From Dictyostelium discoideum (taxonomy: Eukaryota), in the NCBI GenBank assembly GCA_000004695.1, contig CM000151.3:320001-384000 (forward strand): DNA of 64,000 nt. Direction: 5' to 3'. The stretch's first letter is position 1. Each line of letters opens with the position of its first letter. The position numbers and the translations under genes were made by a program. Shown in pieces: positions 23,050-38,066 of the stretch. A model generated the notes under the pieces. The model did no database searches. It was not told the origin of the DNA and saw nothing but the letters and a program-made list of their open reading frames with translations.

Positions 23050-25790
23050 TCATCTTTAATTAATAAGATGATAAAGATAATGATAATAATTGTGAATTAG
23101 AGAAAAAGAATTTAAAATCAATTAAAGAAATTGCAAAATCATATTGTATAGAAATAAATCACTTAAATAAACAAGAAATAATTGAAAGGATTAAAATTGT
23201 AAAAAAAAAGAAAAAGAGAATATGAAGAAGAACATGAACGAAAAGAAAATACTAATTCATTCAATAAAATTAACAATTACAGATAATATAGAACCAATTG
23301 AAATATTATTTTGGAAATTGTTTAGAAATAAAGCAATTTATAAAAAGATATTCTCATTTATGTATAACCAATATTCATTTAGTTACGATTCAGTATCGTC
23401 AATAACTAAACTAATAGATTCAAATCAAATTAGTATTTTAAGAGAAAAAGCTTATAGAAATTGTAGATATTTAGAATTTGGTGAAACTTGTTGGCGTAAA
23501 GAGTCTGATCAATCTAGTTGGCGTAAAGATTTAATTTTAATTTATTTAAAGAAATTATTTGAAATAATTAAAAATGATTTCAAATTTTATAGAAACTTTT
23601 TCAAAATTCAAAGGTATTATTACTCTTCACCAATTTATGTATCAACTGCAATAATACAATCAAAGAATTTAGAAATTTAGAAATTATTTATAAATGAATT
23701 CAATTACCAACCAACAAAAACAGATCTTTTAAATTCAATCGAGACAGGTTCAAATAAAATCATCAAATATATATTAGAATTAAAAAAATCAAACTCACCA
23801 TCATCAACATCATTTGAAACATCATTAAATAACACTGATTTTGGTGAGAAATCAATCGGGTTAGATGAAATTCCAAAAAATGATAATATTTTTAAAGGAT
23901 TATTATGTTAAATAACATTGGTAATGTAATAATAATAATAATAGTAGTAGTTGTAATAATAGTAAATTAACAATAATTAAAAACCTCAAAACTAAATATC
24001 AGATTAATGAAAGATCAACATTAAAAAGATGAATTACCACTTGTAAATTAATAATAAAATTAAAGATATTATCTGAATCAGAAAAAGAAAAAGAAAAAGA
24101 ACAAGTTTCAACTTCAATAATATTATTAAAAGTATCTTTAGAATCAGTTCCAACAACAATTCAAGAATTGAAAATTTTGAAGTAAAATTAGATAATAATA
24201 GATTAAAATCAATGCTAGATGACCCAATAAACTACACTGCTACTGATTATAATGATAGTGAAATTAAAATTTTTATAAAGAAATCATTAATATTTATATT
24301 ATTCAACAACAAATATTACAAATTCTTTATATTTACATCAATATTATAATAATGAAATTAGTAACGTTAATTTAAATTTCATTAAAGAAATTCATTTTAT
24401 TGAAATTGCATTTAGATTTGGAAATTGTGAAATTTTATCAAAGGTTACCGATGTAAATAATATATATGGACTATTCAATTCTAAAACACTATTATTACCA
24501 AATAATAATAAAGATATTAGTAGTTTAGGAAATTATAATATTCTATTCTCACATTGTTGTAATGATAATAAAGAGAAAAAGATGAAATTCATGGATCAAC
24601 TATCAATTGAAAGTGTATACCAAACAACATTATCCTACTATATGTTCATTATGCTCATAGTTCATAATGATATTGAACTATTGAGATATTATTGCAGGAA
24701 TAGGGGAATGAATTTTAATTTTTATATTGATTTTCAAAGTTTAGATGTTCAACCAACTTATTATATAGAATCAACAGAGATGTTAGATTATTTATTTAAT
24801 AACCATATTAGATACTTTTTAGATCCTTTTTATACTGGGAATTATAGTACACATTTTAAAAGTTTAATACTATTAAAACATTTTGAATCATTATTGTTTA
24901 AAACAGGACAGCTTCAATTAGAGGAAAATGATAATCTTGTTTGCTTTATAAAAAAAGAAGATAAAAGATATAATAATATTCAAAATAAAAATTCAAGAAA
25001 TATCAAGATTTTGTTGATTAATCATTTTTCATCAAATCCATCAATATACTATAATGAAAGATTAGATCATCAATTATTTTTAGTACTCACCAGCAGTAAT
25101 GACGATTCATCATCATCTTCATCATCACCACCAATCAACTTTGAAGTATTAAAAGATTTAGCAATCGATGCACTCAAATTTGATATTAATCTATTTCATT
25201 CAAGAACATTAACAAAAAATCATTATACCAAGAATTATTTGAAATTTATAGAATGGATGTTTTTAAACTATAATGATGAAATGAAAAAAGGTGGTCATTT
25301 TTATCATAATGAAGTCTACTATTTCCATTTATTAATGTCAATTGATCAATTTGATTATAATAATAATAGTAACGATTTAAAAGAAAAAGGTGGTACTACT
25401 ATTAATATTGAAAAAAATGCTTAAATTAATTATTCTAGTTAAAGAATTAACACCTTATTTATTTGAAGCAAATAATTTTAAATTTTTAAATTGGTTTTTA
25501 ACAAACATTAAAGATTATCATCATCAATTAAAATTATCATCATCATCACTCAAAACAAAACCAGATAAGGAATCAACTACGGTAGGAGATATTGTTTGTT
25601 CAATTTTATCTTTTATTTCAAGCAATTCAAGATTAAAAATACTTGAATATATTCAAAACTTTAGTTTCATTTTAAAGAATAAACCAAATAATGGAGTTTT
25701 AAATCCTGGTCAATTTTATTTTTATCACTTTCTTGTTCAATTAATATTTCAGAATTTCTTTTACAATTCATTCCAATCATGAATTTAATT
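23050..25790 (+). pseudogene. Family-2 paralog, copy A, degraded (multiple frameshifts and stops)
   Basis: Collinear with the intact copy 38067-40898 (…LKSIKEIAKSYCIEINHLNKQEIIERIKIV...; ORFs 23222-23680, 24582-25424 and 25390-25782 lie in different frames). Confidence 0.6.
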
Positions 25791-26283
25791 CAAATGAAAT
25801 CTTTGAACCATACTTTAAAAATAATTTTAAATATCTAACAAATTAATAAAATAATTGATGATGACCATTCTTCATACAAACCAGCATTACCAAAATTATT
25901 GGACATAATTATTTATTTATTTACTTATTTAGATTTGGATGATTTGGATCAACAACAGCATCAAGTTATTTAGTAGTGATAGTGGAACATCAAAAACTAC
26001 TAATACTACACAGCTAACCAAAAGCAATAATAATCAATAATAAAAAAACTCATGGATTAATTATAGTAACAATGTTGATGACAAGAATAATTATAATTTT
26101 AATAAAAAAAAAAAAAAAAAAAAAAATCTTTTATATCTTTTTATTTTTATATTTTATTTATGACTATTAAATATTAATAAATAAAGATAAAAATGGAAAT
26201 ATATAAAAAATTTTTTTAATATTTAATATTTAATCTGAATTTTACAATCTTTTTTTTTTTTTGTTACTCTAATATTCAATTTT

Positions 26284-26480
26284 TTTTTTTTTTTTTTTTT
26301 TATTAAATTAACAATTACAGATAATATTGAACCTACTGAAATATTATTTTGTTTAGAAATAAGGCAATTTATTAAAAGATATTCTCATTTATGGATATCC
26401 AAATCTCAATAACATATGATTCAATGTCATCAATAACACAACTAATAGATTCAAATCAATATGGTATAATTAACTCTTAC
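26284..26480 (+). pseudogene. Family-2 internal fragment (region LTITDNIEPTEILF..KIFSFMD..TYDSMSSIT.LIDSNQ)
   Basis: Homology ends abruptly at 26480, where a GC-richer unrelated segment begins. Confidence 0.5.
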
Positions 26481-26760
26481 AAAAGATCCGAGTAATTTTA
26501 AAAGACCCAGAGTAATTTCCTTAAACTAACAATCAAATTAAGGAAATTAACTTTCAAAGTATTTTGTATTAAAGATTTGCATAGTCTATGTTAACTTCAT
26601 GAAGGATCCTTCTTCATATTTGGTGGGATTATAGGTTTAATTGCGTTATTCGTGGGTCAAGATCCCATGTTTTCCGCGGGCTGTTGTAATGTATATAAAT
26701 TTTTTCAATCTAATGTCTTTTTTTATTGATTAAACAAGTTCTCCCAGTATATGAATAAAA
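26480..26760. other. GC-richer non-coding segment, possibly a transposon end or LTR fragment, lying on the 3' side of the tRNA gene
   Basis: Compositional break; abuts the truncated family-2 fragment; no ORF. The identity of the element cannot be determined from this window. Confidence 0.2.
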
Positions 26761-26958
26761 AATAATTAATAGTTTTATAAATGGATTTAAATTTTAAAAA
26801 TTATTCCTTTTTAATACTTGTAAGGTTATTATTATTATTTTATTTTATTTTTTTATTTTTTTTATATTCAAAGGAATTTTAAATTATTAAAATGTTGTAA
26901 TAAATATTATATGAATTAATCGAATGAAAAAAGATTTGCAAGCATCAACTAGTTTTCT

Positions 26959-26998
<40 letters not shown>

Positions 26999-27021
26999 CA
27001 ATAAATTTTTAAAATTGAAAG

Positions 27022-27095
27022 TATTCAGAGCGGGAATCGAACCCACGACCTAATCCGTGTTAAGGATTCGTGATAACCGACTACACCATCCGAAC
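27022..27095 (-). tRNA. tRNA-Val (anticodon AAC)
   Basis: Minus strand reads GTTCGGATGGTGTAGTCGGTTATCACGAATCCTTAACACGGATTAGGTCGTGGGTTCGATTCCCGCTCTGAATA. Acceptor stem 7 bp including G-U pairs; D-arm GTGT/TCAC; anticodon stem AATCC/GGATT with loop TTAACAC; T-arm GTGGG-TTCGATT-CCCGC; A and B box-like elements present. Confidence 0.8.
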
Positions 27096-27190
27096 TAATT
27101 GATAAAATTTTTGAAAAACCAACAGTACATGCAATTAATTTTATTCCAATTCAAAAAAAAAAAAAAAAAAAAAAAAGCAATTAATTTTAA

Positions 27191-27460
27191 ACAGATCGAA
27201 AAAAAACAAACAACAACAACAATCTTTTTTTTTGATTATTTCATTTTTCATATAAAAAAGACTTAAAAAACAAATAAATAAATAAATAAACTATTTTAAA
27301 AAGCCATCTTTTTACTTTATTGGAATTAATTATTTGTTCCGTTTTGAGAATTTTGCGTAGCAAAATTTTCAAAAAAAAAGCAAAAAATAATCAGATCGAA
27401 AAAAAACAAACAACAACAAAAATCTCTTTTTTTGATTATTTCATTTTTCATATAAAAAAG
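27191..27460 (+). repeat. Two copies of an about 70-bp direct repeat (27191-27270 and 27392-27460) on the 5' side of the tRNA gene
   Basis: cagatcgaaaaaaaacaaacaacaacaa.aatct.tttttttgattatttcatttttcatataaaaaag occurs twice. Confidence 0.5.
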
Positions 27461-27819
27461 TAAACTAACCCCTCTTTTAGAGACCCTGTAAAAAAAAAAA
27501 AATTACAAATAAAATGAGATCTAGCATCTCAAGAAGAAGCAACTAATAATTGCGTTATCCAATTCAAAAAAAAAAATAAAAAAAAATTTAATTTTATTTA
27601 ATGGTATTTAATTTTTATATATTTATTATACAATTTTTAATTTATTTTAATACAATTTGAAATAAAATTTTATTTTGTTTTTATATTGAAATTTTTGTAA
27701 TTTTAATTTTAGATTTTTATAATTATAAGAATTGGTGTTTGTAAATTTGTAATTTGTAAATTGTGAGTTTTTAGAAATACAGAGTTTATGACTTTTGATA
27801 TTTATATTAAATCAATAAT

Positions 27820-28022
27820 TTTAAATTTTTAAATTGGTTTTTAACAATCATTCAAAAGTATCACAATTACCCGTTCCTTGCAGCACCAATGATTGTATTA
27901 AAATTTTGGTTATCACACTTTTGGATCGTTTTATATTAAATTTTAAATTACATATATTTGAATACATTCATCAAAATTTCGATTTTATTTTAAAGAAAAA
28001 CTCAGAAGGTGGAATATTAACT
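27820..28022 (+). pseudogene. Family-2 C-terminal fragment, interrupted by the terminal-inverted-repeat element; it continues at 30200-30300
   Basis: ...FKFLNWFLTIIQKYHN...LQILEYIHQNFDFILKKNSEGGILT | element | IKELKYFLFSSLQRDKVKISKFLFQFISISE. The two halves are collinear with 40540-40830 of the intact copy. Confidence 0.6.
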
Positions 28023-30199
<2,177 letters not shown>

Positions 30200-30900
30200 A
30201 ATTAACTATTAAAGAATTAAAATATTTTTTATTTTCATCACTTCAAAGGGATAAAGTTAAAATTTCTAAATTCCTTTTTCAATTTATTTCTATTTCCGAA
30301 ATTTGAAGCACATAAAAAATCACATAAAAATAATAAATATAATTAATAATAAAAAAAAAAAATAAAAAAAAAAAATAAAAAAAAAAAATATTGAAAATTA
30401 AAAATTTTGGTTGGGAATTAAAAAAATAAAAAATGCAGCAAAAAGCATTATTAAAATTAAATCAAACAAAAATAAATTAAATTATATTAAATTAAATCAA
30501 ATAAAATTTTTATTTTTTTTTTTATTTTTATTTTTTTTCGTTTTTATTTTTATTTTTTTTTTTTTTACTTTTATTTTTTTATTTTCATTGCCCTGCAAAT
30601 AAATCCTCACTCTTTCTTCGAATTTTATTTTAATTTGACCGTTTTATTAGCGAGAGAATTAAAAAAAAAAAAAAAAAAATTAAAAAAAATAAATAGAATT
30701 GACCTTGTAACGCGATATATACTATTATAATTATTGTAGTAGAAGTTGGTGCTACTGTATAACTACCTAAACTTTCATTTTTACAATTATTATCATTACC
30801 AAAATATCTGAATTTGATTTTAGAAAATTTAACCTCTACAAATACTACTTCCATCAATTGAATTTAAGCCTGATAAACTTGTGAGATTTATTGTTGATGC

Positions 30901-30973
<73 letters not shown>

Positions 30974-31449
30974 GAAGTAGACTAATAATTTGGTGGATGT
31001 GGTTTTTGAGTCTAATTAATTTTGATGTATTGTTACTAACTTTCATGTCAACCTTTGTTCTACCTCTAGCTAATTGATAGTAATTTTATGAATAATATTG
31101 TTAATTAATGTATCTGTAGTGCACCTAAGAAAAGCTGGATAATCTATTGTTGGTTGTGATGATAATTGTTACTAATTTAATTGAATCTCTATTTATTGTT
31201 TTCATTGTGATTATTGATATAATTTTTTTTTTTTTTTGAATTTAGTAATTGTGACAAAAAAAAAAAATAAAAAATAAAAAATGTTGAAACAAGGCTGTGG
31301 AAACCAAGAAAAAAAAAAATAAATAAAATAAAATTAAAAAAAAAAATGGTGAAATTTTAATAAAAAAAAAAAAAAAAATTTTATTTTTAAGAGCAAAGGG
31401 ATTTACTTTTTTTATTTAATTTTATTTTATTTTATTATTTTTAAAATTT

Positions 31450-31779
31450 TTGCCACAGCATCACACATCAATGAACAACAATATAGAAAATGAAGATGGT
31501 AGTGAATTAGATAAATTTGATGATAGTGAATTAGAGAAAGAGATTGCTCAATCATACAGTATTTCAACAAGTAGATTAAAAATAGCAGAAATCATTGAAA
31601 AGATTAAATCAGTAGTTAAAAGGATAAGAGAAAATGAAGAACAAAAACAAAATGTTAATTCATTTAATAAAATTATTAAATTAACAATTACAGATAATAT
31701 TGAACCTACTGAAATATTATTTTGGAAATTATTTAGAAATAAAACAATTTATAAAAAGATATTCTCATTTATGGATTGA
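31450..31779 (+). pseudogene. Family-2 N-terminal fragment (109 codons, then stop)
   Basis: MPQHHTSMNNNIENEDGSELDKFDDSELEKEIAQSYSISTSRLKIAEIIEKIKSV...LTITDNIEPTEILFWKLFRNKTIYKKIFSFMD*. Confidence 0.55.
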
Positions 31780-31937
31780 AACAATCTGATAAAAATTTAA
31801 ATAAAAAAAAAAAGTAAAGGTAATATCACTATTTTTTTTTATTTTTTTTTTTATTTTTTTTTTTTGAAATTTCGTAACTTTTTTTTTATTTTTTATTTTT
31901 TATTATTTTCATAATTTTTTGACAGCGCTTCATAACA

Positions 31938-34690
31938 ATGAACAATAGTGTAGAAAATGAAGATGATATTGATGATTGTGAATTAGAAAAAAAGAATTTA
32001 AAATCAATTAAAGAGATTGCTCAATCATTTTGTATATCAATAACTAAATTAAAAAAAGCAGAAATCATTGAAAAGATTAAATCAATAATCAAAAGAAAAA
32101 GAGAATATGAAAAAGAACAAAAACAAAAACAAAATGTTAATTCATTTAATAAAATTATTAAATTGACAATTACAGATAATATTGAACCAATTGAAATATT
32201 ATTTTGGAAATTATTTAGAAATAAAACAATTTATAAAAAGATATTCTCATTTATGGATAAACAATTCACAATAACATATGATTCAGTTTCATCAATAACA
32301 AAACTAATAGATTCGAATCAATTTGGTATAATAAAAGAAAAAGTTATCAGAAATTGTAGATATTTATATTTCAATTCAAATCCATATTCAATTAATCTTA
32401 CTCAAGATATGGAATATTTAGTGAAATTATTTTCAACGATTAATCAAGATGAAGATGAAGATGATGATGATGATGATTATTATAGATTCTATAGAAACTT
32501 TTTTAAAATAGAGAATGATTATTACAAGTCATCTGGTGCTGTATCATGTGCACTAATTTTATCAAAGAAATTACAAGTTTTCAAATTATTTGTTAATGAA
32601 TTCAATTATAAACCAACAAAAACAGATCTTTTGCATTCAATTTTTAATGGATCAAATAAATTCATTAAATATCTATTAGAATTAAATTCACCAAACTCAT
32701 TTTTATTATTAGAAAAAGAGTGCACTGAAGTTATCAAAGATTTTAATCATTTCTATACTCATGGACTTGTTCAAAGAAATAGTTTTTACAAAGGATTGTT
32801 ATGTTATTTAAATAGTATTGGTAATGATAATTATGATAGAAATCAGTACTTTGAATTATTAATAGATTGCGCTGATGAAGGAAATTATGAAATTAATGAA
32901 AAATCAACATTAAAATCATTAATCACCACTGCTAGATTAATTTTAAAATTAAAAACACCGCCACCAGAACCGATAAAAGATGAAAAAGAAGATGAAGAAG
33001 AAAAAGAACTTTCAAAAAAGGTAATCAAACCAATTACAACAATTGATGAAATTGATAACTTTATAAAGAAAATTGATAAAGTTAATTTAAAATCATTATT
33101 AGATGATCCAATCATTTTCAATAATAATGAAATTAAAAATTTTATTAAGAAACTATTGATATTATCTCAACCGATATTTTATATCCTCCTAAGAATGAAG
33201 TTTGTAATTTAATTGAAATAGCATTTAGATTTGGAATTTATGAAATTTTAGAATCATATGTAACAAATAATAGAGAAATAAAGGAATATTTTGAAAGAGT
33301 ATTATCAAGAATCATTAAATATAAATGTAGAGATGATGATTTAAAAGTTTTATTTTCACATTGTTATGATAGAAATAAAAAGATTAAATTCATTGATCAA
33401 ATAGTTGGAAGAAACATTATACAAGCCGAACCTCAATTTCAGAGTTATTTCTTGTATTTACTTGTAATTCATAATGATATAGAGTTGGTAAAATATTATT
33501 CAAATAAAGTTGGTAATCACATACAAATACAGTATACCATATCATTACTTCCACCAACCTATTATATCGAATCAATAGAGACGTTAGAATTTTTATTTTA
33601 CAATCAATGTAATTACTTTAAAGATATTTTTTATAATGATTACATCAGTACATATTATAAAAATTTAGAATTATTAAAACATTTCGAATCATTATTCAAT
33701 AAATCAAAATCATTAAATCAATTAGGTAGTGGTAGTGTCAGTGGTAGTGATGGTAGTGATAGTAGTGATGGTAGTGGTAGTGGTAGTGGTAGTGGTATAC
33801 ATGCTTATAATGGCCTTGTTAGCTTTGTAATTGATGGATACTTTAAAGATAAAAGAAATTATTATTTGACATTTAAAAGAAATAATAATTATTCTGATTT
33901 TGTTAATCACTTTGCTTCAAATGCACAACTCTACTGTAATGATAAATTTCGTTTTGAACTTTTATTCACTACTTCAGATTTATCATTTAAACATTCAATC
34001 AACTTTCAAACATTAAGAAATTTAGTAATTAATGGACATGCTTTTGTGAAGGAGCCAAATAGTCAAACAGAATCTTATTCAAAGGAGCTTTTAAAATTTA
34101 TGGATTGGATATATACAAATTATAATAATGAATTGAAAAATGGTATATTTGGTTTCAAAACACAAAGATATAGATATCATTTACTCATTGCAATTGATAG
34201 CTTTGATTCCAACAACAACAACAACAGTATCGTTAATAAATACTTTAATGGTAATGAAGAAGAGAATGATGTTTATATTCAAAGATTAGGATTATTATTA
34301 AATGATGTCATCCTACTCACTCCATATTTATTTGAAATTAATAATTTGAAATTTTTAAATTGGTTCTTAACAATCATTCAAAAGTATCACAATTCTTCAT
34401 TATTAATTCCTACAGGTACATTTTATTATATTAAAAATATGGTTTTGATATTTGGGGATCATATTATACTTTATTCAAAATTACAAATACTTGAATACAT
34501 TCATCAAAATTTCAATTTCATTTTAAAGAAAGAATCAGATGGTGGAATATTAACTATTAAAGAATTAAAATCTTTTTTATTTTCATCACTTACCAGAGAT
34601 GCAGTTAAAATTTGTAAATTCCTTTTTCAATTCATTACCATTACAAAAAAAGAATTTGAAACATATTCAAATAAAAAATATAATAAATAA
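31938..34690 (+). pseudogene. Family-2 paralog, copy E. Near full length but with a frame discontinuity at about 33170-33200 (ORFs 31938-33212 and 33452-34690 lie in different frames).
   Basis: Collinear throughout with 38067-40898. The segment IEIAFRFGIYEILESY... is encoded out of frame with the upstream ORF. This could be a genuine frameshift pseudogene or a sequence error. Confidence 0.55.
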
Positions 34691-35092
34691 AATAAATATA
34701 ATTAATAATATTAAAAAAAAAAAAAAAAAACGAAATCAGGGAAGTTCCAAACAAAAAATCATATTTCTATTTTTTATTATTGTTTTTAATTCTTTACAAA
34801 CTATCATTTACTAATCGAAATTGATAGATTTGATTTCAATCGCTCCACTTGTGAATGTTGTTACTTACCTCGTGACGAAACTGTTGGACCAAACAGTAGA
34901 CATCATGATGCAATGGTAAATATCTTTGAAACATAATTAAAAACTAAATTATTTTTATCATATTGATTGATTATTATCATTATTATTATTTTTATAATTA
35001 ATTTTTAACCAATGTTCAAATGATTGATTATTATTTGAAATTGTTAATGATATAAAATTATACCACTTTTTTAAAACTAATATATTACATTT

Positions 35093-35134
<42 letters not shown>

Positions 35135-35406
35135 TGCACTTGATCAATATTTTTAATTTTTTTTTATTTCTTGCCCAGTTATTATTTAAAATAAAAAATT
35201 CATCTCGCTTGAGAAATACTATTTTTAATTTTTAATTTTTTCAAGTTACAACTGAAAAATTTAATTAAATTTGGCAATTTCTTATTTTTTAAGTTTTTGT
35301 CGCACTAAAAGAAGTTTTTTCATTTTTTTTTAAATTTTTTTTTAATTTTTTAATTTTTATTTGTTAATTTTTTCATTTTTTCTTTTTTGGACAGTATCAC
35401 ACAACA

Positions 35407-36600
35407 ATGAACAATAATATAGAGAATGATGATAGTATGGATGATGGTGAATTAGAGAAAAAGGATTTAAAATCAATTATAGAGATTGCTCAATCATATA
35501 GTATTTCAACAATTAGTTTAAATAAAGCAGAAATCATTGAAAAGATTAAATCAATAGTTAAAAGAAAAAGAGAATATGAAGAAGAACAAAAACAAAAACA
35601 AAATGTTAATTCATTTAATAAAATTAATAAATTAACAATTACAGATAATATTGAACCTACTGAAATATTATTTTGGAAATTATTTAGAAATATAGTAATT
35701 TATAAAAAGATATTCTCATTTATTGATAATCGATTCTCGTTAACATATGATTCAATGTCATCAATAAATAAATTAATTGATTCAAATCAATTTGGTATAA
35801 TAAAAGAAAAGGTTTATAGAAATTGTAGATATTTACTTTTGAATCCATTTACTATTACTTTAGAAATAGAATATTTATTGAAATTATTTTCAACAATTAA
35901 GAGTTGGTAAAATATTATTCAAATAAACTTGGTAATCACATACAAGCAAATGTTAACATATTATTACTTCCACCAACCTATTATATCGAATCAATAGAGA
36001 TGTTAGAATTTTTATTTTACAATCAATGTTATTACTTTAAAGATATTTTTTATAAGTTCAAAACGAAATTTATCATTACAGTAGAGTTGTGCATTTGAAA
36101 CAAAGTGATTTACAAAATCTGAATAATTCTTATTTCTTTTAAACATTTTGAATCATTATATCCACTGCTTTAGAATTATCATGTAAACATTCAATCAACT
36201 TTCAAACATTAAGAAATTTAGTAATTAATAGACATGCTTTTGTGAAGGAGCCAAATTATCAAACAGTATCTTATTCAAAAGAATTTTTAAAATTTATGGA
36301 TTGGATGTATACAAATTATAATAATGAATTGAAAAATGGTGGTTTCACTGAAGAAATACATCAATATCATTTACTCATTTCGATTGGTAGATTTGATTCC
36401 AACAACAACAATTACAACAACAACAACAACAACGACAGCATTAATAAATACTATAATGGTAACGAAGAAGAGAATGATGTTTATATTCAAAGATTACGAT
36501 TATTATTAAATAATGTTATCCAACTCACTCCTCATCTATTTGAAGTTAATAATTTTAAATTTTTAAATTGGTTATTAACATTCATTATTTAAAAAGCAAA
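35407..36600 (+). pseudogene. Family-2 paralog, copy F, with large internal deletions (fragments 35407-35910, 35904-36098 and 36242-36592)
   Basis: The N-terminal 167 codons are intact-looking, then jump to the LVKYYSNKLGNHIQ segment, then to the KEPNYQTVSYSKEFLKFMDWMYTNYNNELKNGG... segment. Confidence 0.55.
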
Positions 36601-36656
36601 CATGGAGAACAAATCTTTTTTTTATTCATACTTCTTTTAATAATTTATTATATAAT

Positions 36657-37039
36657 TTAATTATCTTGACAATATTTTCCACCCTGTGTTGTATCATATG
36701 ATTGTCCATTATTATTGCTATCATCAACCAATACACCATCATTTGAGGTTGAGTCACGATAACATTCCTCTATTTGGGTATTTTCTGATTCTTTGATTCT
36801 TTCAATGGTTTGTTGATCACGAGCATCTTGTCTGTTGGAAGAAGCATCTCTATTATTTGGATTACTATTGTTGGTTTCATCTCCTATTCCAAAGATATTT
36901 TGTACGACTTCAGCTCCCTTTTCAAAAACTACGTCTCTTACTAATAATAATTATTATTGTTAAGTTTAATAGTTAATAAATCTAATATTTAATGACTTGG
37001 AATTGAATATTTAATCCCATACTAATACATACTACCCAT
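36657..37039 (-). CDS. Small 2-exon gene (about 97 aa), unknown function, N-terminal Met-Gly: exon 1 37033-37039, intron 36941-37032, exon 2 36657-36940
   Basis: MG / IRDVVFEKGAEVVQNIFGIGDETNNSNPNNRDASSNRQDARDQQTIERIKESENTQIEECYRDSTSNDGVLVDDSNNNGQSYDTTQGGKYCQDN*. The intron is GTATGTA...TTATTATTAG (92 nt). This exon has no Met, so the ORF track misses it. Confidence 0.4.
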
Positions 37040-37521
37040 TTTTATTATTGATGATGATTTTATAGTTTAAATTATTTTGATAGAGGAATAAAATATATAT
37101 TTTTAATTTTAAATGATAAATTAATGAATGAATGTTTTTTTTTTATTTTTAATATTTTTTTTTTTTTTTATAAAATTAATAAAATAAATTTTCTTCGAAC
37201 TAATTATAATAATTAATTCAATTTTCATCACACAAAAGAAATTAACAGTTTGAAAATTTTCAAACGTCAAGTGTGGGTAAAATAAAAAAATACAAACAAG
37301 TAAAACAGATAAAAAAAAACTAACACTACTCAGGAGATATCTCCTGTGTTGTACAGTGTGTGGGGCGATGTTTTTTTTATTTATTTTTTTAATTAAAAAA
37401 AACTATTTGAATACCACAAAACTTAAAAATAAAGAAGCACTTGTGTGATGAATTTATCAGTTTTATGTTCAATTTTTTAGGGTATAAATAAAAATTGTAT
37501 TATGAAGAGTATTACATAAAT

Positions 37522-37567
<46 letters not shown>

Positions 37568-37786
37568 TAAAATTATTAATTAATTTAATTATTTATATAT
37601 TTGAAAAAAAAAACGATGTAATTTTTTAAAAAATTGGATGTTGAAATTGTTGAGGAAACGTTTTCATTGTGACTTATATAATTAGAAAAAAATACTTAGA
37701 TATAATAAAAAATTAAAAAAAAAAATTAAAAAAATATTCTATATTAAATAATAAATTTTTTTGTTATTTATTAATAATAAATTTTA

Positions 37787-37820
<34 letters not shown>

Positions 37821-38066
37821 TAAAAATTCATTTTTTAGAAAGTTATGAGTTTTATTTTGTAGTTCCGATAAAAAAAAAAAAAAAAACATTTGAGACCTGT
37901 CAATTATATTTGTTTTTATTTTTATAATTTATTTATTAAAGCACTAATAAATAAAAATAAAAATAAAATAAATAAAAAATAAAAATAAAATTAATAAAAA
38001 CACTTTTTTTTTTTTTCACATTTTCATTAATTTTTTTTTTTTTTTTTTGTAAGACAGTATTGCACA

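Noticed and set aside
26957-27000. T44 tract beside the tRNA, considered as the poly(A) tail of a retroposed tRNA-derived SINE
   Set aside because: Runs of 40-110 A or T occur throughout this window (e.g. 20040-20090, 44170-44283), so the tract alone is not evidence of retroposition. It is kept only as a low-weight observation.
32885-33121. Minus-strand ORFs inside family-2 genes (32885-33121, 39032-39253, 45309-45638) and inside family-1 genes (15747-15941, 16092-16286)
   Set aside because: They are antisense reading frames of clearly coding plus-strand genes. Low-complexity AT-rich codons keep antisense frames open. The same antisense ORF recurs in each paralog, as expected for an artefact.
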